From NCBI GenBank assembly GCA_963726305.1, contig CAVSCB010000013.1, positions 32,816 through 96,815 on the forward strand: a stretch of DNA of 64,000 bases. Direction: 5' to 3'. Shown piece after piece: positions 1 to 10,121 of this stretch (position 1 is its first letter; every line of letters begins with the position of its first letter). The translations under genes and the position numbers were made by a program. This DNA is from an uncultured Gammaproteobacteria bacterium (GTDB lineage: Bacteria; Pseudomonadota; Gammaproteobacteria; Xanthomonadales; Xanthomonadaceae). The notes under the pieces were generated by a model. It was not told where the DNA came from. It did not search any database and worked only from the letters and a program-made list of their open reading frames with translations.

Positions 1-699
1 CGGATCCCGATCTGAGCCACTACGCCAGCTTCAACGCATTCTTCACCCGCGCCCTGAAACCAGGCGCTCGCTTCGGCCGACGCCGACCCCGCACGCCTGC
101 TGATGCCCGCCGACGGCAAGATGAGCCAGATCGGCCGGATCGAGCAAGGACGGATCTTCCAGGCCAAGGGCCAGAGCTTCACGGCCGCGGAATTGCTCGG
201 CGACGAAGCGGCTGCCTTGCCGTTACGCGGACGGCTGGTTCGCCAACATCTATCTGTCGCCGCGCGACTACCACCGCGTGCACATGCCCTGGGCCGGCAC
301 CCTGACCGAAACCCTGCACGTGCCCGGCCGTCTGTTCAGCGTGGCGCCCTGGGCCGTGCGCGAGGTGCCGCGCCTGTTCGCCCGCAACGAACGCCTGGTC
401 TGCCATTTCGAAACCGACTTCGGGCCGATGTGCATGGTGATGGTTGGCGCGCTGCTGGTGTCCGGAGTGGAGACGGTCTGGAACGGCGTGAATATTCCCG
501 CCTATGCATCGCAGCCCTGGCGCCTGGATTTTCGCGGCCGGCAGATCCGACTCGACCGCTTCGCCGAGATGGCGCGATTCAATTACGGGTCGACCGTGAT
601 CATGCTGTTCCCCAGGAACGCAATCAGCGCTCGACGCGATACCCACCGAGACCCCGACAAGGCTCGGGCAACGAATGGGAACCCGAGCTGGGCGGCTGA
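1..699 (+). CDS. psd: Phosphatidylserine decarboxylase, 5' truncated by window edge, frameshifted
   Basis: Fragments [18 protein letters not shown]...PGRLFSV...RNERLV and [10 protein letters not shown] (self-cleavage GST motif) in ORFs 103..699 and 278..1603. Confidence 0.9.
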
Positions 700-715
700 G
701 CGCTACACTTCCGCG

Positions 716-1427
716 ATGGGCGAGCCGTCGGCAATCCGTGTCTTCCAGACTGCAGAACACCCCTGTGGCTATTGGCCGGAGCGGGCTGCCCGCGACCTGG
801 TGCTCGACCCGGCCGACCCGATGCTTCCGGCGCTGTACAGTCCGGCCCTGGCGATGGGCTTTCGTCGTTCCGGCGGCCACGTCTACCGTCCCGATTGCGT
901 CGGCTGCCGCGCGTGCACGCCGGTGCGCATTCCGGTGGACCGCTTCGTGCCAAGCCGCTCCCAGCGCCGATGCCTGGCCCGCAACGCCGACTTGCAGATC
1001 AGCATGGCAACCCGCCCAACGCAGCGACGAGACCTTCGACCTGTATCGAAGCTATCTCGGCGCCCGACATGCCGGCGGCGGCATGGACGATCCGAGCCAC
1101 CAGGACTTCGACGCATTCCTGTCCTGCGCCTGGAGTCCGACCATGTTCCTCGAGATACGGCTCGGACGGGAACTGCTCGCGGTTGCCGTGACCGACGTGC
1201 TGCCCGACTCCCTGTCTGCCGTATACACGTTCTATTCCGCGGATCACGCGCCGCGCAGCCTCGGCACCTTTTCCATCCTGGCGCAGATCGAATACGCCCG
1301 GCGCGAGGGATTGAAGCATCACTATCTTGGCTTCTGGCTCGACGGTCATCCGAAGATGCAATACAAGCAGACCTTCCGCCCGCTGGAAGTTCTGGTCGGC
1401 CGCGACTGGCAAGACTTCGCACCCTGA
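716..1427 (+). CDS. ate: Arginyl-tRNA-protein transferase family (Ate/Bpt), frameshift near 1010
   Basis: [27 protein letters not shown], then LSAVYTFY...SLGTFSIL...YLGFW...KMQYK in a second frame. Confidence 0.88.
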
Positions 1428-1442
1428 GGGCGCAACCGACAC

Positions 1443-2613
1443 ATGCGATCCATCTTCCTTGCCTTGCCTTTGCTGCTGGCCGCCTGCCAGTCAGCGTCCC
1501 CCGGAAAAACTGCGAGCCCGACCTTGCGCTTCGCCACCTACAACACGTCGCTGTACGCGGATACCGACGGCGGCCTGGTCGCGCGACTCGGCGCAGGCGA
1601 TGAGAAGGCCCGGCGGATTGCCGCGGTCATCCAGCACCAGCGGCCGGATGTGTTGTTGCTCAACGAATTCGATTACGACGACCGACAGGCCGCAGCCGAT
1701 CTGTTCCAGCGCGATTATCTGGAAGCCGGACAGTTCGGCCAGGCGCCGATAAGCTATCCGTATCGCTACCTGGCGCCGGTGAACACCGGCGTGCCCAGCG
1801 GCATGGACCTGGACCGCAACGGAAAGGTCGCGGGCGGCAACGATGCGTTCGGGTTCGGCCTGCATCCCGGGCAATACGGGATGCTGGTGCTGTCGCGCTT
1901 TCCGATCGATGCCGATGCCGTGCGCACGTTCCAGAGCCTGGCCTGGAAGGATCTTCCAGGCGCCACTTCGCCCGTTGATCCGGCGACCGGCGTCGCCTGG
2001 TATCCGCCGGACGTATGGGCGCGACTGCGCCTGTCCTCGAAATCGCACTGGGACGTGCCGATCCGGACGCCGCTGGGCACCATCCACTTCCTGGTCCACC
2101 ACCCCACGCCGCCGGTGTTCGATGGTCCGGAAGATCGCAACGGCCTGCGCAACCGCGACGAGATCCGGCTTTGGGCCGAATACATATCTCCCGGCGAAAA
2201 GCCGTGGCTGTGCGACGACCACGGAACCTGCGGCGGCCTTGCCGAGCGACGCCTTGTTCGTCATCGCCGGCGATCACAATGCCGACCCGGTCGATGGCGA
2301 CAGCGCCAACAATGCGATGAAGCAACTCCTGGATAATCCGCGCGTGCTGCGCTACCCGGCGCCCGAGAGCGAGGGCGCGGTAATGGCGGCAAGCGCGACC
2401 GGCGGCGGCAACCTGGCCCACAAGGGTCCGCCGGCGCAGGACACCGGGGACTTCGGTCCCAAGGTCGGCAACCTGCGCCTGGACTATGTGCTGCCGTCAG
2501 TGGGCCTGAAGGTGCTGGGCAGCGGTGTGTTCTGGCCCCGGCCCGGCGATGTCGGCGCCGACTGGATCGGCGCGACCGATCACCACATGGTCTGGGTGGA
2601 CCTGGATCGCTGA
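1443..2613 (+). CDS. Endonuclease/exonuclease/phosphatase family lipoprotein, frameshift near 2250
   Basis: Lipobox LLAAC; [44 protein letters not shown] and TDHHMVW motifs. Confidence 0.85.
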
Positions 2614-2626
2614 GCCGCCCGCCGCA

Positions 2627-3322
2627 TCACCACTCGGTGCGTTGCGGCAGCAGGCCGCGCAGTTCGGCGTCGGAAAGATCGCGCCATTGCCCGACCTTGA
2701 TCCCGTCGAGCCGGATGTTGACGATGCGCACGCGCTGCAGGCGACGCACCTCGTAGCCGAACACCGCGCACATGCGCCGGATCTGCCGGTTCAGGCCCTG
2801 GGTCAGCACGATGCCGAATACATTCTTGCCGATGCGGCGAACCCGGCATGGCTTGGTGCGCTTGCCGAGGATCTCCACGCCGTTGGCCATGCCATCGAGA
2901 AACTCCTCGGTCAGCGGCCTGTCCACGGTGACCACGTATTCCTTCTCGTGGTTGTTTTCCGAGCGCAGGAGTTCGTTGACGATATCGCCGTTGTTGGTCA
3001 GCAGGATCAGTCCCTCGGAATCCTTGTCCAGCCGTCCGATCGGGAAGATCCGCTGCGGGTGTCCGATGAAGTCGATGATGTTGCCGGCCACGTGCCGCTC
3101 GGTCGTGCAGGTGATGCCTATCGGCTTGTTCAGCGCCAGGTAGACCGGCTTCGTGCGCGCCTCGACCAGCTTGCCATCGACTTCGACGCGATCGTCGGCG
3201 CCAACCTGCGTTCCGAGCTCCGCGGCCTGTCCGTTGACCCGGACGCGGCCGTCGCTGATCCATTGGTCCGCCTGCCGGCGCGAGCAGATGCCGGTTTCGC
3301 TGATGTACTTGTTAAGCCTCAT
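2627..3322 (-). CDS. rluF: 23S rRNA pseudouridine synthase RluF
   Basis: S4 domain [19 protein letters not shown]; [10 protein letters not shown] catalytic motif; [10 protein letters not shown]. Confidence 0.9.
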   Translation of the reverse strand: MRLNKYISETGICSRRQADQWISDGRVRVNGQAAELGTQVGADDRVEVDGKLVEARTKPVYLALNKPIGITCTTERHVAGNIIDFIGHPQRIFPIGRLDKDSEGLILLTNNGDIVNELLRSENNHEKEYVVTVDRPLTEEFLDGMANGVEILGKRTKPCRVRRIGKNVFGIVLTQGLNRQIRRMCAVFGYEVRRLQRVRIVNIRLDGIKVGQWRDLSDAELRGLLPQRTEW

Positions 3323-4526
3323 GGTCGGGCCGCAGGGTGACCGTCAGGGCCGAGGCCGCCCGGCGCGCCTTGGCGCGGGCTTCGTCGATCGTATCCGCGC
3401 GCGCCAGCGTGACCGCGACCCGGCGATGACCTTCCACCCAGGGCTTGCCGAACAATCGCAGCGCGGTATCGGGCTCCTCGAGCGCCGCGTCGACATTTCC
3501 GAACTCCGGAACTCCCCGGCCATGGGCGAGCACCGCGCAGGAAGCGGACGGACCCAGCGAACGGATAACCGGGATCGGCAGGCCGAGGATGGCGCGCGCA
3601 TGCAGCGCGAATTCACTCAGCTCCTGGGAAACCAGCGTCACCAGGCCGGTATCGTGCGGTCTCGGCGAAACTTCCGAAAACCAGACATCATCGCCGCGGA
3701 TGAAAAGCTCCACGCCGAACAATCCCCAGCCGCCGAGGTCGTCGGTCACCGCCTTGGCGATCTCGCGCGAGCGGCTCAGCGCCAGCGGCGACATCGGCTG
3801 CGGCATCCAGCTCTCGCGGTAGTCCCCATCCAGCTGCAGGTGGCCGACCGGCTCGCAGTAGCTGGTGCCATCGCGATGGCGAACCGTCAGCAGCGTGATC
3901 TCGTAATCGAACGCGATGAAACCCTCGACGATGACCCGGCCGTGCCCGGCGCGGCCGCCGGATTGCGCGTAGTCCCAGGCCGGGTCGATGTCTTCGGGTT
4001 TGCGCAGCGTGCTCTGGCCCTTGCCCGAAGAGGACATGACCGGCTTGACCACGCAAGGCAGGCCGATCTCGGCGACGGCGGCCCGATACTCCTCCAGGCT
4101 GTCTACGAATCGATACGGCGAAGTGGGAATACCCAGGGTCTCGGCCGCCAGGCGACGGATGCCCTCGCGGTCCATGGTCAGGCGCGCGGCGCGCGCGGTC
4201 GGAATCACGCGCACGCCCTTGTCGCGTTCGAGTTCGACCAGCGTCTGGGTGTGGATGGCTTCGATCTCGGGCACGACCAGGTCCGGCTTTTCGCTGGCGA
4301 TCAAGTCGCGCAGCGCTGCCGGGTCAAGCATGTTCAAGGTGTGGCAGCGATGCGCCACCTGCATCGCCGGCGCGTTGTCGTAGCGATCGGCGGCGATGAC
4401 TTCAACGCCCAGCCGCTGCAGCTCGATGGCCACTTCCTTGCCCAGTTCGCCTGAACCCAACAGCAATACGCGGGTCGCGCCCGCGGTCAGCGGCGTGCCA
4501 AGGGTCGTGGTCGGCGAATTGCTCAT
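3312..4526 (-). CDS. purT: Formate-dependent phosphoribosylglycinamide formyltransferase
   Basis: [23 protein letters not shown] and [10 protein letters not shown]; intact 404-aa ORF. Confidence 0.97.
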   Translation of the reverse strand: MSNSPTTTLGTPLTAGATRVLLLGSGELGKEVAIELQRLGVEVIAADRYDNAPAMQVAHRCHTLNMLDPAALRDLIASEKPDLVVPEIEAIHTQTLVELERDKGVRVIPTARAARLTMDREGIRRLAAETLGIPTSPYRFVDSLEEYRAAVAEIGLPCVVKPVMSSSGKGQSTLRKPEDIDPAWDYAQSGGRAGHGRVIVEGFIAFDYEITLLTVRHRDGTSYCEPVGHLQLDGDYRESWMPQPMSPLALSRSREIAKAVTDDLGGWGLFGVELFIRGDDVWFSEVSPRPHDTGLVTLVSQELSEFALHARAILGLPIPVIRSLGPSASCAVLAHGRGVPEFGNVDAALEEPDTALRLFGKPWVEGHRRVAVTLARADTIDEARAKARRAASALTVTLRPDHEA

Positions 4527-4629
4527 GTCGGGTCACCAGGATCGATCAAGGCGCATTGTAGCGGGGAGGGTTCAAGCTGGCTGGCCTTTCTGTCATTGTT
4601 GAGACCCGGCTTTTGCGCAAACTCCCCCC

Positions 4630-5524
4630 ATGCCAAGACATCTCGCGCTGCTTGCACTGTTGTTCGCGGCTGATGCATCGGCAGCTCACTGGTCGCAGCC
4701 CGGAATACGCCGGGTTCTTCACCCATCCGGACCTGGAGGAAGTCAGCGGGCTGGCCGCGTCGCGCGCCCATCCCGGCCTGTACTGGGCGCAAAACGACGG
4801 TGGCAATGGCAGCAAGCTGGTCGCCGTCAAGGGCAACGGAGCCCATGTCGCCACCGTGGACGTGCTCGGCGCCGAGAACGTCGATTGGGAAGACATCGAC
4901 AGCTTCGACCTGGACGGCAAGCACTACCTGATGGTGGCCGACACCGGCGACAACGGCGGCATCCGCAAGGTGCTGACGCTGTACGTGATCGAAGAACCGG
5001 CGCGCCTGGACGATGGTGAAAAGTTGCGTCCGGCCTGGACGATAAAATTCCGCTGGCCCGACGGCGCGCGCGACTGCGAGGCGACGGCGGTCGATGCGGC
5101 CAACTCCGAGATTCTGCTGATCTCCAAGAAGCGCGTGCCGCCCGAGCTTTTCCGCCTGCCCCTGAGACCAGGCGATGGCCTGCAGACGGCAAGCCTGGTG
5201 GGCACGTTGGGAGGAATCGCCCAACCCAGCGAGAGCGAGTTGAAGAAGGAACCGGTCTACGGCCGCTACCGCTCCCAGATCAGCGGCGCCGACCTCAGTC
5301 CGAATGGCCGGGTGCTGGCGGTCCTGAATTACCACTCGATTCATCTATACGTGCGCGCACCCGGCAAGGACTGGAGCCAGTCGACGGCGGCTCCCTCGGG
5401 AATCCTCTCGTTTCCGTGGCTGCCGCAGGCGGAGGGAATCGCCTTTTCCCTCGACGGGCGCAGCCTGCTGGTCGGCAGCGAACACCAGCCCACCCCGCTG
5501 CTCGTCTATCGGGTTATTCCCTAG
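4630..5524 (+). CDS. Secreted hypothetical protein, probable beta-propeller; frameshift near 4700
   Basis: Signal peptide MPRHLALLALLFAADASA; EVSGLAAS, NDGG, DWEDI, ADTGDN, DCEA and QAEGIAF blade-like motifs. Confidence 0.7.
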
Positions 5525-5564
5525 GCGATTGATTCTGAAAGGAATCAAGGCGAGCGATCGGTGT

Positions 5565-5594
5565 TTGAACAAATGATATCTTTATGATATCTTT
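5565..5594 (+). promoter_or_regulatory. Sigma70-type promoter overlapped by tandem 11-bp operator repeats
   Basis: TTGAAC (5565-5570), 17 bp, then TATCTT (5588-5593) preceded by TGn; ATGATATCTTT repeated at 5573-5583 and 5584-5594. Confidence 0.6.
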
Positions 5595-5617
5595 TATTTC
5601 AACCTCAGGAGGACGCC

Positions 5618-6482
5618 ATGAAAGAAGCTCCCGTGACATCACTTGCCGGCATTCCGACGCTGCTCGGGTTGCTGATCGCCCTGCCCGTCTGCGCCTACGC
5701 TGCATTCAACGGCGCGGTCACCGGAAACCTGATCCAGGCCGTCCTGGCCCTGGTCGTTGGCTTGGTCCTGGTGGTCTGCCTCGGCGGCTTCTACATGGTC
5801 GAGCCGAACCAGGCCGCCGTGCTCAGCCTGTTCGGCAAGTACGTGGGCACCTGCAAGGACCAGGGACTGCGCTGGAACAACCCGTTCTTCGCGTCCAGGA
5901 AGATTTCCCTGCGCACCCGCAATTTCGAAAGCAGCAAGCTCAAGGTCAACGACCTCGACGGCAACCCGATCGAAATCGCCTCGGTCGTCGTCTGGCAGGT
6001 CGTGGACTCGGCCGAGGCCGTGTACAACGTCGACGATTACGAGAGCTTCGTGCACATCCAGTCCGAGTCCGCGCTGCGCGCGATGGCCACCAGCTATCCG
6101 TATGACCAGCACGTGGAAGGCACGATCTCGCTGCGCAGCCATGCGGTCGAGATCGCCAAGCACCTGACCGAGGAAATCCAGGAGCGGCTGGCGCTGGCGG
6201 GCGTCCGGGTCATGGAAGCGCGCATCAGCCACCTGGCCTACGCGCCGGAAATCGCCCAGGCCATGCTGCAGCGCCAGCAGGCCGGCGCCATCATCGCCGC
6301 GCGCACCCGCATCGTCGAAGGCGCGGTGAGCATGGTCGAAATGGCGCTTGTCGGAGTTGTCCAAGCGCAACGTGGTCGAACTCGACCCGGAGCGCCGCGC
6401 CGCGATGGTCAGCAATCTGCTGGTCGTGCTGTGCGGCGAGCGCGGAACGCAACCGATCGTCAACGCCGGCTCGATCTACTGA
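5618..6482 (+). CDS. SPFH/band 7 membrane protein, frameshift near 6350
   Basis: Two TM helices, [31 protein letters not shown]; C-terminus [25 protein letters not shown] in another frame; GGAGGA RBS. Confidence 0.9.
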
Positions 6483-6488
6483 TCCGGC

Positions 6489-6692
6489 GTGATCGTCAAG
6501 AAAGCCTATCCGCTGCGCATCAACGCCCAGGTGCTGGATGCCGTCCAGCACTGGGCCGATGACGAGTTGCGCTCGCTCAACGCCCACATCGAGTACGTAT
6601 TGCGCGAGGCCTTGCGCAAGAACGGACGACTCAAAGCCCCGCCGGCGTTCGAGCCGGAGAACAGCCCGCAGGAAGCCGAAGGCCATGACTGA
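6489..6692 (+). CDS. Arc-like ribbon-helix-helix DNA-binding protein
   Basis: KAYPLRI...WADDELRSLNAHIEYVLREAL, typical of the RHH protein that follows SPFH genes. Confidence 0.85.
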   Translation: MIVKKAYPLRINAQVLDAVQHWADDELRSLNAHIEYVLREALRKNGRLKAPPAFEPENSPQEAEGHD

Positions 6693-7215
6693 GCAGAACT
6701 TCGAGTTCGTCCCGCCGGGCAAGGCGGCGAGCTTGTTTCCCCTGTTCATCGGCGCCGGCTTGCCGCTGATCATGCTCGGGGTGATGGTCGCGGCGGCCAG
6801 GGGTTCCAGGGACTGGTTGGTCGCCGCTCCCGCCGTCCTGTTGCTTCCGCTGGTCGCGGGCCTGCTGGCCTGGTCGATGCATCATCGGAGACTGGGCCTT
6901 TCAGCGGCCGGATTGAAAGTGCGCAGTTTTCCGTGGCCGATGGTGGTACCCGTGGCTGCGCTCGATCTGGAAGGCGCCCGTCTCGTCGACCTCGACCGCG
7001 AAAGCGAGTTGCGCCCGCATCTCAAGCTCGCGGGCACCCGGCTGCCGGGCTATCGGGCCGGCTGGTTCCTGCTGCGCGACCGCCGACGCGCCTACGCCGT
7101 GTTGACCGGGAATCAGCGTGTCCTGCTGCTGCCCAGGCACGACGGCAAGCTCTTCCTGTTCAGCCTGCAACGTCCCGAGGCCTTGCTCGATGCGCTGCGC
7201 AACGCCGCACGCTGA
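6685..7215 (+). CDS. Membrane protein with bacterial PH-like domain
   Basis: Two TM helices then KLAGTRLPGYRAGWFLL...FSLQRPEALL; start overlaps the end of the RHH gene. Confidence 0.7.
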   Translation: MTEQNFEFVPPGKAASLFPLFIGAGLPLIMLGVMVAAARGSRDWLVAAPAVLLLPLVAGLLAWSMHHRRLGLSAAGLKVRSFPWPMVVPVAALDLEGARLVDLDRESELRPHLKLAGTRLPGYRAGWFLLRDRRRAYAVLTGNQRVLLLPRHDGKLFLFSLQRPEALLDALRNAAR

Positions 7216-7246
7216 CAGTTCGAGCCCACCCGGCTAAGCTTGGTCC

Positions 7247-8026
7247 ATGCACCCGGCCGACTGGCGACTGATCAACGCGGACAACCTCGAAGCCATACCG
7301 GCCGAGCTTGCGCGCGCACGTGGCAACACGGTGGCGCGACTGCTCGCGCAAAGCGATTGGCTGATTCGCCGGAAGTCCGATGGCCGCTTCATCGCCGTGC
7401 GTCGTGGCGATACGGTGCGTGAACTGTGGCGCGGAACGCCCGGACCCGAACTGGTTGAAGATCTGCTGTCGCTCGCCCGGTCGGATGCCAGTGGAGAAAC
7501 CCTGCGCCCGCTCGCCGGCCTGCCCGAGCGCCTGCATTCCCTGGGCCTGACCGACGACTACGCAGAACGCAGCGGCCTGCCCCTCGTGGCCGAACCGAAT
7601 GTGCTCCGATATGCGGGCCGTGACCGCTATTCGCGGCCCTTGTGGCTGACGGCGGCGGCGGCGCGTGCCTGGCGAAGCCTGCGCTCGGCCGCCCTTGATG
7701 ACGACGTCAGGCTGCAGGCGATTTCCGGCTACCGCAGCCACGCCTATCAACTGGGAATCTTCCGGCGCAAGTTGGCCAGGGGCCAGACCGTGGCCGAGAT
7801 CCTCGCGGTCAACGCGGCGCCCGGTTACAGCGAGCACCACAGCGGCAACGCCCTGGACATAGGCACGCCAGGAGAGCCTGCGGCAGAAGAATCATTCGAA
7901 CGGACACCGGCATTTGCCTGGCTGTCCCGCCATGCGGGCGAGTTCGGGTTCTCGATGAGCTATCCGCGGGACAACCCGCACGGCATCGTCTACGAGCCGT
8001 GGCACTGGCTGTACGCGCCGGGCTGA
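7247..8026 (+). CDS. D-Ala-D-Ala carboxypeptidase, VanY/M15B family
   Basis: ISGYRS, APGYSEHHSGNALD (SxHxxGxAxD) and YEPWHW (ExxH). Confidence 0.9.
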   Translation: MHPADWRLINADNLEAIPAELARARGNTVARLLAQSDWLIRRKSDGRFIAVRRGDTVRELWRGTPGPELVEDLLSLARSDASGETLRPLAGLPERLHSLGLTDDYAERSGLPLVAEPNVLRYAGRDRYSRPLWLTAAAARAWRSLRSAALDDDVRLQAISGYRSHAYQLGIFRRKLARGQTVAEILAVNAAPGYSEHHSGNALDIGTPGEPAAEESFERTPAFAWLSRHAGEFGFSMSYPRDNPHGIVYEPWHWLYAPG

Positions 8027-8065
8027 GCGGCACCCTGCTTTCCCCATTCGCAAGCACGTGCGCGC

Positions 8066-8737
8066 TCAAGCCTGCGAGCGCTTGACCTTGGTCTTCTCCT
8101 CGGCGATCGAGTCGGCGATCCGCCACAGGTACAGGCCTGCCAGCGTCCGGTACGGTGCCCACTTCTCGCCGCGCAGCGCCAGCTCCCTGGGCTTGGGCAT
8201 TTCCTCGAGCTTGTCGAGCACCTGGGCGCCCTTGCGCACTCCCAGGTCATCGACCGGCAGGATGTCCGGCCGGCCGAGACGGAACATCAGCATCATCTCC
8301 ACCGTCCAGCGGCCGATACCGCGCACGGCGGTCAGCAGCTCGATGATCTCGTCGTGATGCAGCGACTGCAACTCGCGCGAATTCGGCACCTCGCCGCGAC
8401 TGGCGCGCAGGCTCAGGTCGCGCAAGGCCAGGGACTTGTTGCCCGACACGCCGCAGGCGCGCAACGCCGCGTCATCGACCGTGGCGAACGCGGCGTGGGT
8501 CAGCTTCTTCGACCCCACCGCCACTTCGACGCGGCCGACGATGGTCGCCGCGGCCTTGCCGGAAAGCTGCTGGTAGAGGATCGATCGCGCCAACGAATCG
8601 GCGGTATCGAACGGCCGCTTCCAGCCCGTGGTGTCGAGCGGCCCGATTCGCTCCATCCAGCGACCAAGCTTGCGGTCCTTCCTGGCCAGATGAGCCGCCG
8701 CGAGTTCGACATCGAAACCCCTTGGATACTTTGCCAT
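8066..8737 (-). CDS. DNA-3-methyladenine glycosylase, AlkA/HhH-GPD family
   Basis: ILYQQLSGKAA, HhH LTAVRGIGRWTVEM, LPVDDLGV, WAPYRT. Confidence 0.9.
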   Translation of the reverse strand: MAKYPRGFDVELAAAHLARKDRKLGRWMERIGPLDTTGWKRPFDTADSLARSILYQQLSGKAAATIVGRVEVAVGSKKLTHAAFATVDDAALRACGVSGNKSLALRDLSLRASRGEVPNSRELQSLHHDEIIELLTAVRGIGRWTVEMMLMFRLGRPDILPVDDLGVRKGAQVLDKLEEMPKPRELALRGEKWAPYRTLAGLYLWRIADSIAEEKTKVKRSQA

Positions 8738-8744
8738 CGCCGCC

Positions 8745-9086
8745 TCAGGGCTTGCGCCAGTAGTCAGCCGCCGCCACCAGCCAGCCCAGGATCAGCAGGC
8801 TGCCGCCCATGGGAGCCGCCGCCGTCGAAGTCGAAAACAATCCGGCCCCGGCCAGGCTGCCGCTGAACAGCACGATCCCCGCCAGCAGGCACAACTTGCT
8901 GATCATCGCGGTTCGTGAATCGCGTGGCGACATCACGATCAGGGCCAGGCCGTTGGCGAACGCGAACAGGGCGGCGATCGCCAGGCGCTTTTGATCCTCT
9001 GCCGAGGCGACATGGCTGGCATAGGCGCCCAGGGCGACCGACATCGCGCAGATCGCCGCCGCCAGGGCTGGCAGGCGTCGCATCAT
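8745..9086 (-). CDS. DUF423-like small membrane protein
   Basis: VALGAYASH, GIVLFSGSL and APMGGSLLILGW motifs. Confidence 0.8.
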   Translation of the reverse strand: MMRRLPALAAAICAMSVALGAYASHVASAEDQKRLAIAALFAFANGLALIVMSPRDSRTAMISKLCLLAGIVLFSGSLAGAGLFSTSTAAAPMGGSLLILGWLVAAADYWRKP

Positions 9087-10118
9087 TCGGCGGGCGTGCC
9101 GGCAAGAATCTGTGCGTGGCTGAGCATGAGCGTTGTCGCCACGTTCTCCGGAAGCAGGAAGCGATGCGCGTCGAAGCGCCGGTTCCATTCGGCGACCTGC
9201 CTGCGCAAGCCTTCAGCCGCTTTCTCGTTGCCGGCCTGCTGCGTCCACGCGAGCACTCCCGCCTCGTCCAGCGACGCGGTCAGCCGCGCCCAAAGCCGGC
9301 CGCCGTCATGCCATGCCTGGAGGGTGACCAGCCTGCCATCGACTGAAGTGAAGCGAAGCTCGCGCTCCACCGCCGGCGCGCCGTCATCGGGCGCCACGTC
9401 CTCGAACTTCAGTTGCTCCAGTACGCTGGCCATCGCATCGCCCTGGTGCGAATCGTGCATCGCCGCCGAAGGCGCATCATCGAGACGGAAGCGGTCGTCA
9501 CGATGGCTCAGGCTGAAAGGCGGCTCATCGCCCCCGCTGACCTGCACCCTGGAAACCCGCGCGAGCGGCAGGTCGATCAGCCTGCGGTCGAGCCAGCTCG
9601 CAGGATCCCGATCGAAAGTCACCGGCAAGTCCGTCAACCAGCTCTGCGCCTGCCCGTCCTTTCGCACGTAGTTGCTGTTGAACTTCGCGTGCTCGTGGCC
9701 GATCAGCAGGCGCGAAGCGATGCCACCGCCGGAGAGTTCGAGTTCCGTGCCGGTGGCGTCGGCCAACGAGATGGGTTCGACGCCCAATCCGCGAATACAA
9801 GGCGGGGTTGGCCGTCTTGGCCTCGACCGTGCGCGTTTGCGAGAGAACGAACAGGTACTGGCTCAGGCGGCCCGCGTCGGCCGGCCAGTCGGCGCGCTCG
9901 GCCACGCGCCAGCGGCCGTCCTTCCTGGCCAGGGTCACCAGCGGCTTGTTGCCGGCGCCTTTCAGTTGCACTCGTTGCAGCTCGTCCTGGCGTTCGGCCA
10001 GCCCGGGAACCAGCAGTGCCTTCGCCGGCACGGGCTCGGCGCGGTCGCAGCCCGCGCACGCGAGCAGCGCCAGCAGCAGCGAAAGAGCAGGCGCGACGCG
10101 CCAGGACTGACTTGCCAT
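9083..10118 (-). CDS. DUF4340-like accessory protein of the ABC system, frameshift near 9790
   Basis: WPADAGRL...EAKTANPALYSRIG, YVRKDGQAQSWL, WLDRRLIDL; lies downstream of a GldG-like gene. Confidence 0.75.
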
Positions 10119-10121
10119 GAC

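Noticed and set aside
7247-8026. Vancomycin resistance (vanY)
   Set aside because: A lone M15B peptidase in a Gram-negative housekeeping context, with no vanHAX or vanRS.
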